The position numbers and the translations under genes are program-made. Shown one piece after another: positions 42,013 through 52,718 of a stretch of 64,000 bases of DNA. The notes beneath the pieces are model-generated. The model searched no databases and had not been told where the DNA came from. It worked only from the letters and a program-made list of their open reading frames with translations. The DNA lies in the NCBI RefSeq assembly GCF_965658795.1, contig NZ_CBFHTG010000006.1:60403-124402 (forward strand), in the 5' to 3' direction. The stretch comes from Lentibacter sp. GTDB lineage: Bacteria; Pseudomonadota; Alphaproteobacteria; Rhodobacterales; Rhodobacteraceae. Numbering within the stretch: position 1 is the stretch's first letter; each line of letters begins with the position of its first letter.

Positions 42013-43176
42013 TTAGCCGAGCGGCGCGGCCTTCTCAACCAGGCGCGCCAGAAACGAGGCCCCCACTGGGGCGATCTCGTCGTTAAAGTCATAGGCCGGA
42101 TGGTGGACCATCGGCCCCTCGCCATTGCCCACAAAAGCATAGGCGCCGGGGCGGGCCTCCAGCATATAGGAAAAATCCTCCGCCGCCATCATCGGCACAG
42201 TCTCATCGGTGCTCATATCTGCGCCCACAAGCTCGCGGGCCACCTCGGCCGCAAACGCCGCTTTGCCGGCGTCATTCACAGTCGCGGGGTATCCACGGTC
42301 ATACTCCAGCTTGGCCTCGACCCCATAGCTTGCAGCCTGCCCCGCGATGATCTCGCCCATACGCTGCTCAACCATATCGCGCACATGCGGATCAAAGCTG
42401 CGCACCGTGCCACAGACCCGCGCCGTATCGGGGATGATGTTCGTTGCCGAGCCAGTGTTGATCTGCGTCACCGAGACAACCAGCCGCTCTTGGGCATTGT
42501 TGTTGCGGCTCACAATGGTCTGGATCGCCTGCACCATGCCAACGGCAGCCACCACAGGGTCAACCGTCGTGTGCGGCATCGCTCCGTGGCCTCCCTTGCC
42601 CTGAATGTCGATGTAAAAGCTGTCCACCGACGCCATGATCGGCCCTGCGCGCAGCTCGATCCGCCCCGCCTCAATGCCGGGGCCGTTGTGGATCCCGTAG
42701 ACCTCGTCGATGCCGAACTGGTCCATCATCCCCTCTTGCACCATGGCCTCGCCCCCGCCGCCGCCTTCTTCATCAGGCTGGAAGATCAGCACGGCCTTGC
42801 CCGCAAAGTTGCGCGTCTCGCTGAGGTATTTGGCCGCCCCCAGCAACATCGCTGTATGGCCGTCGTGGCCACAGGCGTGCATCTTGCCGGGCACTTTGCT
42901 GGCATAGTCCAACCCCGTGATCTCATCCATCGGCAACGCATCCATATCCGCGCGCAAGCCAATCGTCGGGCCCTCGCCCTGCCCCTCGATCACCGCCACA
43001 ACCCCGCTTTCAGCCCAACCTGTGCTGATGTCGGTGATGCCAAACTCCTTGAGGCGGTCCACAACAAAAGCTGCCGTTTTGTGGCAGTCGCGCCCAAGTT
43101 CGGGGTGCATATGGATGTGGCGACGCCACGTTTTCATCTCGTCAGCTAACCCTGCGATACGGTTGATCACTGGCAT
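42013..43176 (-). CDS. M20D-family amidohydrolase (hippurate hydrolase / N-acyl-amino acid amidohydrolase type), paralog 1
   Basis: 387-aa ORF with MHACGHDGHTAMLLGAAKYL and the other M20D blocks. Confidence 0.85.
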   Translation of the reverse strand: MPVINRIAGLADEMKTWRRHIHMHPELGRDCHKTAAFVVDRLKEFGITDISTGWAESGVVAVIEGQGEGPTIGLRADMDALPMDEITGLDYASKVPGKMHACGHDGHTAMLLGAAKYLSETRNFAGKAVLIFQPDEEGGGGGEAMVQEGMMDQFGIDEVYGIHNGPGIEAGRIELRAGPIMASVDSFYIDIQGKGGHGAMPHTTVDPVVAAVGMVQAIQTIVSRNNNAQERLVVSVTQINTGSATNIIPDTARVCGTVRSFDPHVRDMVEQRMGEIIAGQAASYGVEAKLEYDRGYPATVNDAGKAAFAAEVARELVGADMSTDETVPMMAAEDFSYMLEARPGAYAFVGNGEGPMVHHPAYDFNDEIAPVGASFLARLVEKAAPLG

Positions 43177-44345
43177 GGTGTCTCTCCTGAGTGGTGCAGC
43201 CGCTCGATCAGCCGCGCAAAGAATGAAGCGCCAATGGGCGCAATGTCATCGTTAAAATCAAACGCAGGGTGGTGTACCGATGGCCCTATCCCCTGCCCGA
43301 TAAAGTAAAACGCACCGGGGCGCTCGTTGAGCATGTAGGAAAAGTCCTCTGCCCCCATTTCAGGGGCAAGATCGGTGATCACCAAGTCATCGCCCACAAC
43401 CTCCCGCGCCACACGGGCCGATTTTTCCACCTGAAGCGCGTGGTTCACCGTGGCGGGGTATGAGCGCTCATAAACCACCTCTGCCGTCATCTCAAAACTT
43501 GCAGCTTGTGCAGCGGCAATCTCGTGAATGCGCCGCTCGGCCAGGTCGCGGTTCTGCTCGCTAAAGCTGCGCACCGTCCCGCTCAGCCTGATCTCGTCAG
43601 CTATGATATTGCTCGCGGTGCCGCCATGAAACTTGGTCACCGACACCACAATAGGGTCAAGCGGGTCTACGTTGCGCGCCGCAATGGTTTGCAGCGCCAG
43701 CCCTATGTGCATCGCCGTGACCATCGGGTCGCGGCACGTGTGCGGGTAAGCCGCGTGGCCGCCCACGCCCTTGACCGCGATCTCCCATTCATCGACGGCC
43801 GCCATGATCGGCCCCGCCACGGTGCGCAGCTCGCCAGCCTTGGCAAAAGGGTCGGTGTGCAGCGCATAGACCTCGTCTATCTGGAAGCGATCCATCATGC
43901 CCTCTTCAACCATGATGCGCCCGCCACCGACGGCCTCTTCAGCAGGCTGAAAGATCAGCGCGACACGGCCTTTGAAGGCGCGCGTCTCGCTCAGGTATTT
44001 CGCCGCACCAAGCAGCATCGCCGTATGCCCGTCATGGCCACAGGCGTGCATCTTGCCCGCCACCGTGCTGGCCCAGGCCGCGCCCGTCTCTTCCTGCATC
44101 GGCAGCGCGTCCATATCTGCGCGCAGCCCTGTGCACGGGCCATCCCCCGTGCCGTTGATGATCGCCACAACACCTGTGCGCGCAATCCCCTCGTGAATTT
44201 CGTCCACACCAAATTCGCGCAGCCGCTCCACAACAAAAGCCGCCGTCTCGTGACAGTCAAGCTCCAGCTCGGGGTGCATATGGATGTGGCGGCGCCAGCC
44301 CGCCATCTCTTCGGCAAAGCCTGCAATCCGATTTATCACTGCCAT
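43167..44345 (-). CDS. M20D-family amidohydrolase, paralog 2
   Basis: 392-aa ORF, visibly about 60-65% identical to the downstream paralog over the N-terminal half. 10-nt overlap with paralog 1. Confidence 0.85.
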   Translation of the reverse strand: MAVINRIAGFAEEMAGWRRHIHMHPELELDCHETAAFVVERLREFGVDEIHEGIARTGVVAIINGTGDGPCTGLRADMDALPMQEETGAAWASTVAGKMHACGHDGHTAMLLGAAKYLSETRAFKGRVALIFQPAEEAVGGGRIMVEEGMMDRFQIDEVYALHTDPFAKAGELRTVAGPIMAAVDEWEIAVKGVGGHAAYPHTCRDPMVTAMHIGLALQTIAARNVDPLDPIVVSVTKFHGGTASNIIADEIRLSGTVRSFSEQNRDLAERRIHEIAAAQAASFEMTAEVVYERSYPATVNHALQVEKSARVAREVVGDDLVITDLAPEMGAEDFSYMLNERPGAFYFIGQGIGPSVHHPAFDFNDDIAPIGASFFARLIERLHHSGETPCQ

Positions 44346-44407
44346 ACCTTGCGCCCCGTGCTGTCTGAGTTACCTTGCCACTCAACACCGAAGAGAAGGC
44401 AGGCGCA

Positions 44408-45229
44408 ATGGCTGACGAAACCCTAATCCACGCCCCCGATGGCGGCATCCCCCGTCTGCGCGCGATCATGCGCGCGCTGCGCGACCCCGAGCATGGCTGC
44501 CCGTGGGATATCGAGCAGACCTTCGCCAGCATCGCGCCCTACACGATTGAAGAGGCTTATGAAGTTGCCGATGCCATCGAGCGCCAAGCCTGGGACGAGC
44601 TCAAGGGCGAGCTGGGCGACCTTTTGTTCCAATCGGTCTTTCACGCGCAGATGGCCGAAGAGGCAGGCCTGTTTGATCTTGATGCCGTGGCCGACACGAT
44701 GTCGGACAAGATGGTGGCGCGCCACCCCCATGTCTTCGGCTCCGAGAGCCGCGACAAGTCAGCCGAGCAACAAACCCGCGACTGGGAGGCCATCAAAGCC
44801 GCCGAGCGCGCAGCCAAAGCCGAAAAAGGCACGCTGGATGGCGTCGCCGTGGGGCTGCCCGCCCTGTTGCGCGCCCACAAGCTGCAAAAGCGCGCCGCCC
44901 GCGTGGGCTTTGACTGGCCCTCCACCGACGAGGTGCTCGACAAGATCGTTGAAGAAGCAGGCGAGCTGGCCGAGGCCCGCACCGAGCTCACCCAAGCCGA
45001 AGTCGAAGAAGAGTTTGGCGACCTTATGTTTGTGATGGCCAACCTCGCCCGCCACATGGGCGTAGAGCCCGAGGCCGCCCTGCGCGCAGCCAACACCAAG
45101 TTCACCCGCCGTTTTGAGGCGGTCGAGGCTGCACTCGCCGCGCAAGGCAAGCGCCCCGAAGACAGCGATCTGGCCGAAATGGACGCGCTCTGGGATGCCG
45201 CAAAGCGGGCAGAACGTGCGACAAAGTAG
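44408..45229 (+). CDS. mazG: Nucleoside triphosphate pyrophosphohydrolase MazG
   Basis: Trimmed to MADETLIHAPDGGIPRLRAIMRALRDPEHGCPWD. Tandem MazG domains with EExGD/EL motifs. Confidence 0.85.
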   Translation: MADETLIHAPDGGIPRLRAIMRALRDPEHGCPWDIEQTFASIAPYTIEEAYEVADAIERQAWDELKGELGDLLFQSVFHAQMAEEAGLFDLDAVADTMSDKMVARHPHVFGSESRDKSAEQQTRDWEAIKAAERAAKAEKGTLDGVAVGLPALLRAHKLQKRAARVGFDWPSTDEVLDKIVEEAGELAEARTELTQAEVEEEFGDLMFVMANLARHMGVEPEAALRAANTKFTRRFEAVEAALAAQGKRPEDSDLAEMDALWDAAKRAERATK

Positions 45230-45252
45230 TACCTGATTTTTTAAATCAGGTA
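45230..45252. promoter_or_regulatory. Perfect palindrome TACCTGATTT-ttt-AAATCAGGTA containing TGA-N9-TCA; candidate iron-responsive operator and/or mazG terminator hairpin
   Basis: 10-bp arms read directly, starting the nucleotide after the mazG stop. It lies 55-77 nt upstream of the Fe(3+)-binding protein gene and just upstream of TTGACC (45253-58). Confidence 0.45.
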
Positions 45253-45306
45253 TTGACCCGACAAAAATACTCAGGTTAAACGATCTCATCAATAACGGAG
45301 ACCGCA

Positions 45307-46317
45307 ATGTTCACGACTGCCAAATTCACCCTTGCCCTCACAGCCCTCGCGGTGGCCACGCCTGCGCTGTCTGAGGAGGTCAACCTTTACTCCTACCGCC
45401 AGCCAGAGCTGCTCAAGCCGCTGACAGATGCCTTCACCGCCGAAACAGGCATCGCCGTCAATGTGGCCTACCTTGAAAAAGGCATGGTCGAGCGCCTGCA
45501 AGCCGAGGGCGCGCGCTCCCCTGCCGATCTGATCTTCACAGTCGATATCTCGCGCCTCTATGCCGCCGTAAACGCAGGCCTCACACAGCCCGTCACAAGC
45601 GACACGCTCAAAGCCAACGTCCCCGATATCTACCATGACCCCGAGGGGCACTGGTGGGGCCTCACAACCCGCGCACGCATCGTCTATGCCAGCAAAGACC
45701 GCGTGGCAGACGGCGAAGTCACCACCTATGAAGACCTCGCCGACCCCAAGTGGAAAGACCGCATCTGCACGCGCTCAGGCACCAATGCCTACAATGTCGC
45801 GCTCACCTCTGCCGCGATCCACCACCACGGTGTTGAAGGGGCCACGGCCTGGCTGGAAGGCATGAAAGCCAACCTCGCCCGCAAGCCCCAAGGCAACGAC
45901 CGCGCCCAAGTCAAAGCGATCTGGGCTGGCGAATGTGACATTGCCATCGGCAACACCTACTACATGGGCCAGATGCTCGCCGATGAAGAGCAGAAAGAAT
46001 GGGCCGAAAGCGTCAACATCGTCTTCCCCACCTTTGAAAACGGCGGCACGCACGTCAACATCTCGGGGGTTGCCATGACCAAGGCCGCGCCCAACAAAGA
46101 CAACGCGCTGAAAATGATGGAGTTTCTCACCTCACCCGAGGCACAGGAAATCTATGCCAACGCCAACTTTGAATACCCCATCGCACCAGGCACAGAATCG
46201 GCCCCGCTGGTGCAAAGCTGGGGCAGCTTCGAGGCAGACACGGTCAACCTCATGGATCTCGCCCGCCTGCGCGACGATGCGCTGAAGCTCACAGAAATTG
46301 TTGATTTCGACGGCTAA
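45307..46317 (+). CDS. Fe(3+) ABC transporter substrate-binding protein (FbpA/IdiA/FutA-like)
   Basis: 336-aa ORF with a signal peptide (MFTTAKFTLALTALAVATPALS/EE) and blocks VNLYSYRQPEL and GNTYYMG. Confidence 0.8.
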   Translation: MFTTAKFTLALTALAVATPALSEEVNLYSYRQPELLKPLTDAFTAETGIAVNVAYLEKGMVERLQAEGARSPADLIFTVDISRLYAAVNAGLTQPVTSDTLKANVPDIYHDPEGHWWGLTTRARIVYASKDRVADGEVTTYEDLADPKWKDRICTRSGTNAYNVALTSAAIHHHGVEGATAWLEGMKANLARKPQGNDRAQVKAIWAGECDIAIGNTYYMGQMLADEEQKEWAESVNIVFPTFENGGTHVNISGVAMTKAAPNKDNALKMMEFLTSPEAQEIYANANFEYPIAPGTESAPLVQSWGSFEADTVNLMDLARLRDDALKLTEIVDFDG

Positions 46318-46358
46318 GCAGGCTTTGCAGGGCGCCTCCCTTGGGCCTGCAAGACTTC

Positions 46359-46386
46359 AGGCGCTCCTTCGGGAGCGCCTTTTTTG
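46359..46386 (+). terminator. Rho-independent terminator after the Fe(3+)-binding protein gene
   Basis: AGGCGCTCC-ttcg-GGAGCGCCT followed by TTTTTG. Confidence 0.85.
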
Positions 46387-46486
46387 TGTGCCGTGCCCCG
46401 CAAGCCGTTTTGCGCCCAGCCCCAAGCCTGCGCTGGACACCACCGCCAACAGTTGCGACAGTCCGCCAAACTCTTAAGAGGCCTTC

Positions 46487-47428
46487 ATGAGCAGACGTAA
46501 AATCATCATAGATACAGACCCCGGGCAAGACGACGCGGTCGCAATCCTGCTGGCTCTTGCCAGCCCCGAAGAGCTTGAGGTTCTGGGCATCACCTGTGTT
46601 GCAGGCAACGTGCCCCTGCCCCTCACAACCCGCAACGCGCGTATCATCTGCGAGCTGGCGGGCCAGCCAGAGACCCGTGTCTTTGCAGGCTGTGATGCTC
46701 CGCTTCAGCGCAAGCTCGTCACAGCCGAGCATGTCCACGGCAAAACAGGCCTTGATGGCCCTGTCCTGCCCGAGCCAACCATGCCCTTGCAGCCCGAACA
46801 TGCAGTTGATTTCATCATCCAGACCCTGCGCACCGCGCCTGCGGGCAGCGTGACGCTCTGCCCCCTTGGCCCGCTCACCAACATCGCGACAGCCTTTCAG
46901 CGCGCGCCCGATATTGCCGCGCGCGTTGGCGAGATTGTTCTCATGGGCGGGGCATACTTTGAGGTCGGCAACATCACACCCGCCGCCGAGTTCAACATCT
47001 ACGTTGATCCGGAAGCCGCTGACATCGTGTTTAAATCCGGCGCGCCCATCACAGTGATGCCACTTGATGTCACCCACAAAGCCCTCGTCACCCAAGAGCG
47101 CAACGATGCGTTCCGCGCCCTTGGCACCCCCGTGGGCATCGCAACCGCCGAGATGACCGAGTTTTTCGAGCGGTATGACAGGGAGAAATACGGCTCCCCC
47201 GGCGCGCCGCTGCACGACCCTTGCGTGACAGCCTATCTCTTGCAGCCCGCCCTTTTCAAAGGCCGCCACATCAACGTCGAGATCGAAACCGCCTCCGCGC
47301 TGACCCTCGGCATGACCGTGGCCGACTGGTGGCGCGTCACCGACCGCGCGCCCAACGCCACCTTTATGGGGGAGATCGACGCCAACGGCTTCTTTACCCT
47401 GCTCACAGAAAGGCTCGCCCGCCTATGA
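46487..47428 (+). CDS. Nucleoside hydrolase (inosine/uridine-preferring family)
   Basis: 313-aa ORF with the N-terminal motif IIIDTDPGQDDAVAILLA. Confidence 0.85.
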   Translation: MSRRKIIIDTDPGQDDAVAILLALASPEELEVLGITCVAGNVPLPLTTRNARIICELAGQPETRVFAGCDAPLQRKLVTAEHVHGKTGLDGPVLPEPTMPLQPEHAVDFIIQTLRTAPAGSVTLCPLGPLTNIATAFQRAPDIAARVGEIVLMGGAYFEVGNITPAAEFNIYVDPEAADIVFKSGAPITVMPLDVTHKALVTQERNDAFRALGTPVGIATAEMTEFFERYDREKYGSPGAPLHDPCVTAYLLQPALFKGRHINVEIETASALTLGMTVADWWRVTDRAPNATFMGEIDANGFFTLLTERLARL

Positions 47429-47871
47429 ACCTGCTGCACCTCGCACGCCCTGACGATATGGAAAAGCTCCTGCCGCTGGTTGCGCGCTTTCACGAGCATC
47501 ACGACATCGTCCAAACCGACGAGAAGCGCTTTGAAGCCCTCATGCCCCTGCTTGAAGGGATCCCTCACGGGATGATCTACCTCATCGGCCCGCGCAAAGC
47601 GCCTGTGGGCTACATCATCATATCGCTCGGCTATTCTGTCGAATTGGGCGGCATCGAAGGCTTTGTCGACGAGTTCTTCATCCGTGAAAAAGTCCGTGGC
47701 CGTGGCATGGGCAGTGAAGTGCTCATGACGCTTCTGCCCGCGCTCAAAGACAACGGCATAAAAGCGCTGCACCTTGAGGTCGAGCGCAGCAACGAGCGCG
47801 CCCAGCGGCTTTACAAACGCGCAGGCTTTGAGCCCCGCGAAGGCTATATGTTGATGACGCGCACGCGCTAA
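47425..47871 (+). CDS. GNAT-family N-acetyltransferase
   Basis: ORF 47221..47871 trimmed to MNLLHLARPDDMEKL (ATGA overlap). Acetyl-CoA loop VRGRGMGSEVL. Confidence 0.75.
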   Translation: MNLLHLARPDDMEKLLPLVARFHEHHDIVQTDEKRFEALMPLLEGIPHGMIYLIGPRKAPVGYIIISLGYSVELGGIEGFVDEFFIREKVRGRGMGSEVLMTLLPALKDNGIKALHLEVERSNERAQRLYKRAGFEPREGYMLMTRTR

Positions 47872-48845
47872 TGCTTGGCGGCGGTGGGCTTGCGGTTGAT
47901 CAAAAACAGCCCCACCGCAACAAGGCACAAGCCACCGATGATCTCGACACCGATCTGCTCGCCCAAGAGCAACCAGCCAAGCCCGACGCCACAGACAGGT
48001 GACAGAAAGCTAAACGAGGCCACGCCTGAGGCAGGGTAGACCTTGAGCAGCATAAACCAGATCAGATAGCCAAAGCTCGCCACCGCAAAGACCTGAAACA
48101 CCAGCCCCGCCCAGTGGATGGGCGCAAGCTCGCGTGTGAGCGGGCCAAACAGCGGCGCAAACGCAAAGAGCAACAGCATCGACACACCGAGCTGCCACAA
48201 AAGCTGGACCTCGGGCGGCTCGCTTGAGACACGGTTGAGCCTGAGCACAAGCGCAATACCGCCCCAGCCCAGCGCCGCGCCCAGCGCAAGAAAGTCGCCC
48301 AAAAGGCTCGTGTCCTCACCCGCGTGTGGCTTGGCCAGAACCCAGACAACCCCCGCCATCGCCAGCAGCAGGCCAAGCGCGCGCAGAGGCCCCATCCGCT
48401 CTCCGGGCAGCACAAAATGCGCCACCAGCGTCAGCCAGACAGGCATGGAGTAAAAGACAATCGAGGCGCGCGAGACAGTGGTCAGATCAAGCGCCAGATA
48501 GAGGCAGACAAACTCAAACGTGAAGAGCACCCCCAGTAGCAGACCCGGCCCAAGCAAGTCGCGGCGAATGCCATGAGGCACCCCGCGATAGCGCATCCAC
48601 GCCAGCATCACCAGAAAGGCAAGTGCCGAGCGCAAACCCGCCATAAAAACAGGGCTGAAGCCGCCGTTGCTCACCTTGATCACAACCTGGTTGAACCCCA
48701 GAACAATCGCAAAGGTGGTCAGCGCAACTGCGCCCGCGAGGTCGATATGTGGTTTTCTCTGCATCGCGCCATCTGCCCACCAGCGCACGCGAAGGTCAAG
48801 CGCTGGCGTCACATCGGGCGTCATGCTAGCCTCAAAGGCAGCCAC
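47868..48845 (-). CDS. DMT-superfamily (EamA) transporter
   Basis: 325-aa ORF with about 10 TM segments. The true start is probably an internal Met, for example MQRKPHIDLAG at 48764. Confidence 0.75.
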   Translation of the reverse strand: MAAFEASMTPDVTPALDLRVRWWADGAMQRKPHIDLAGAVALTTFAIVLGFNQVVIKVSNGGFSPVFMAGLRSALAFLVMLAWMRYRGVPHGIRRDLLGPGLLLGVLFTFEFVCLYLALDLTTVSRASIVFYSMPVWLTLVAHFVLPGERMGPLRALGLLLAMAGVVWVLAKPHAGEDTSLLGDFLALGAALGWGGIALVLRLNRVSSEPPEVQLLWQLGVSMLLLFAFAPLFGPLTRELAPIHWAGLVFQVFAVASFGYLIWFMLLKVYPASGVASFSFLSPVCGVGLGWLLLGEQIGVEIIGGLCLVAVGLFLINRKPTAAKH

Positions 48846-48868
48846 GCCCCCACCTGAAAGGCCCGCCG

Positions 48869-49711
48869 ATGACCCGCTACCTCGTGCTTGATGTCTTCAC
48901 GGACACCCCCTTTGGCGGCAACCCTTTGGCCGTCATCCCCGAGGCCGGCGCGCTGCCAGAGGCCAGCCTGCAAAAGATCGCGCGCGAGTTCAACTTTTCA
49001 GAAACCGTGTTTCTCTACCCGCCCCAAGATCTGGCCCATACCGCCAGAATGCGCATCTTCACCCCCACACTGGAGATCCCCTTTGCGGGTCACCCCACCA
49101 TTGGCGCAGCCGTGGCGCTGGCGCACAGCGGCCATGGCCCTGACATGGTGCTTGAGCTTGGCATCGGCCCGCTCGCGGCCCGCGCAACCCGCACCCGCGC
49201 CAGTTTTGACACCAGCGTCCCGCTTGACGTTCTGGCCGCGCCGCAGCCCGCCCTTGTGGCCCGCGCTCTCGGCCTGCCCGAAAGCGCGCTCAAGCTCAGC
49301 ACCCATGCGCCCGCTCTGGCCTCGGTCGGGCTGCCCTTCACCCTCACAGAGCTGACAAGCCGTGACGCTCTCGCCGCCTGCGCCCCTGACAGTGCCGCCT
49401 TCCGCGAGGGGGCTGCCCGCCATGAGGGCGCGCTTGATTTTGCCCAGTTCGCCTATGTGCGCGAGGGCAGCACCATACACGCGCGTATGTTTGCCCCGCT
49501 TGATAACATCCCCGAAGACCCCGCCACAGGCTCGGCCTGCGCCGCCCTCGGGGCCTTTCTGGCAAGCCTTCACGGCACAGCGCAAAACCTGACGGTGCAC
49601 CAAGGCTACGATATGGGCCGCCCCTCCCAGATCGGCCTCAGCGCCCAAGACGGCACCGTGACAATCTCGGGCGCGGCGGTGCAAACCATGCAAGGTGATC
49701 TGACGATTTAG
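48869..49711 (+). CDS. PhzF-family isomerase
   Basis: 280-aa ORF (MTRYLVLDVFTDTPFGGNPLAVI ...FSETVFL). Confidence 0.85.
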   Translation: MTRYLVLDVFTDTPFGGNPLAVIPEAGALPEASLQKIAREFNFSETVFLYPPQDLAHTARMRIFTPTLEIPFAGHPTIGAAVALAHSGHGPDMVLELGIGPLAARATRTRASFDTSVPLDVLAAPQPALVARALGLPESALKLSTHAPALASVGLPFTLTELTSRDALAACAPDSAAFREGAARHEGALDFAQFAYVREGSTIHARMFAPLDNIPEDPATGSACAALGAFLASLHGTAQNLTVHQGYDMGRPSQIGLSAQDGTVTISGAAVQTMQGDLTI

Positions 49712-49778
49712 GCGCTGGCCCAGCGTAAACCCTAGCCAAACAAGCGCCATATCGTTACACCCCCGCCAAGCGAGTTCT

Positions 49779-50204
49779 ATGAGCCAGAATATGACCGATA
49801 CAATCATCTCCCGCTGCGAGGCCAAGGGCCTGCGCATGACAGGCCAGCGCCGGATCATCGCAACGGTGCTGCAAGATTCTGACGACCACCCCGATGTGGA
49901 AGAGCTCTACGCCCGCGCTGCCGCCCTTGATGCAGGGATCTCCATCGCCACGGTCTACCGCACCGTGAAGCTCTTTGATGAAGCCGGCATTCTGGACAAG
50001 CTCGAGTTTGGCGATGGCCGCGCCCGCTATGAAGATGCCGAGCGCGAGCACCACGACCACCTGATTGATATGAACTCGGGCGAGGTGATCGAATTTGTCG
50101 ATGAAGAGATCGAGGCGCTACAAGAGCGCATCGCCGAAAAACTCGGCTACAAGCTCAAAGGCCACCGCCTTGAGCTTTACGGCGTCCCGATCAAAAAAGG
50201 CTGA
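49779..50204 (+). CDS. irr: Fur-family transcriptional regulator, Irr-like
   Basis: 141-aa ORF with a wHTH (IATVYRTVKLFDEAGIL) and a His-rich segment (EREHHDHLID). It has no C-terminal CxxC pairs, as in Irr-type proteins. The symbol is tentative. Confidence 0.6.
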   Translation: MSQNMTDTIISRCEAKGLRMTGQRRIIATVLQDSDDHPDVEELYARAAALDAGISIATVYRTVKLFDEAGILDKLEFGDGRARYEDAEREHHDHLIDMNSGEVIEFVDEEIEALQERIAEKLGYKLKGHRLELYGVPIKKG

Positions 50205-50308
50205 GGCGCACAGCCAAGCCAGCCCCCAGCTTTCGTTAACAAGCGAAAGGCCTTGCACGCCGCCCCCGTTTCCCCGAAAGGTGCCGCATAACGTTTCGAA
50301 AGACCCCC

Positions 50309-52563
<2,255 letters not shown>

Positions 52564-52580
52564 GCTTGCAACACAATTAA

Positions 52581-52618
52581 GCCGCCGTTCGCTGACGTTA
52601 CGAACGGCGGCTTTTTTG
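52581..52618 (+). terminator. Rho-independent terminator after eno
   Basis: GCCGCCGTTCG-ctgacgtta-CGAACGGCGGC followed by TTTTTTG. The upstream flank AATTAA gives a weaker U-tail on the opposite strand. Confidence 0.85.
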
Positions 52619-52713
52619 TGCGCAGTCAAAACAGCACCAGCCGGTGCACGCATGGTGCACGGGGGGTGCACGCTTTTCACCCCCCCGGAATCAGCGGAAT
52701 CTCAAGTGTTAAC
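52614..52713 (+). repeat. Phased GTGCAC-array element, copy B (TTTTGTG, cAGCAC + 3x GTGCAC, TTTCACCCCCCC, N21, GTTAAC)
   Basis: Hexamers start at 52632, 52644, 52655 and 52666, with TTTCACCCCCCC at 52675-52686. GTTAAC is at 52708-52713. The spacing is identical to copy A. Confidence 0.7.
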
Positions 52714-52718
52714 GGCGC

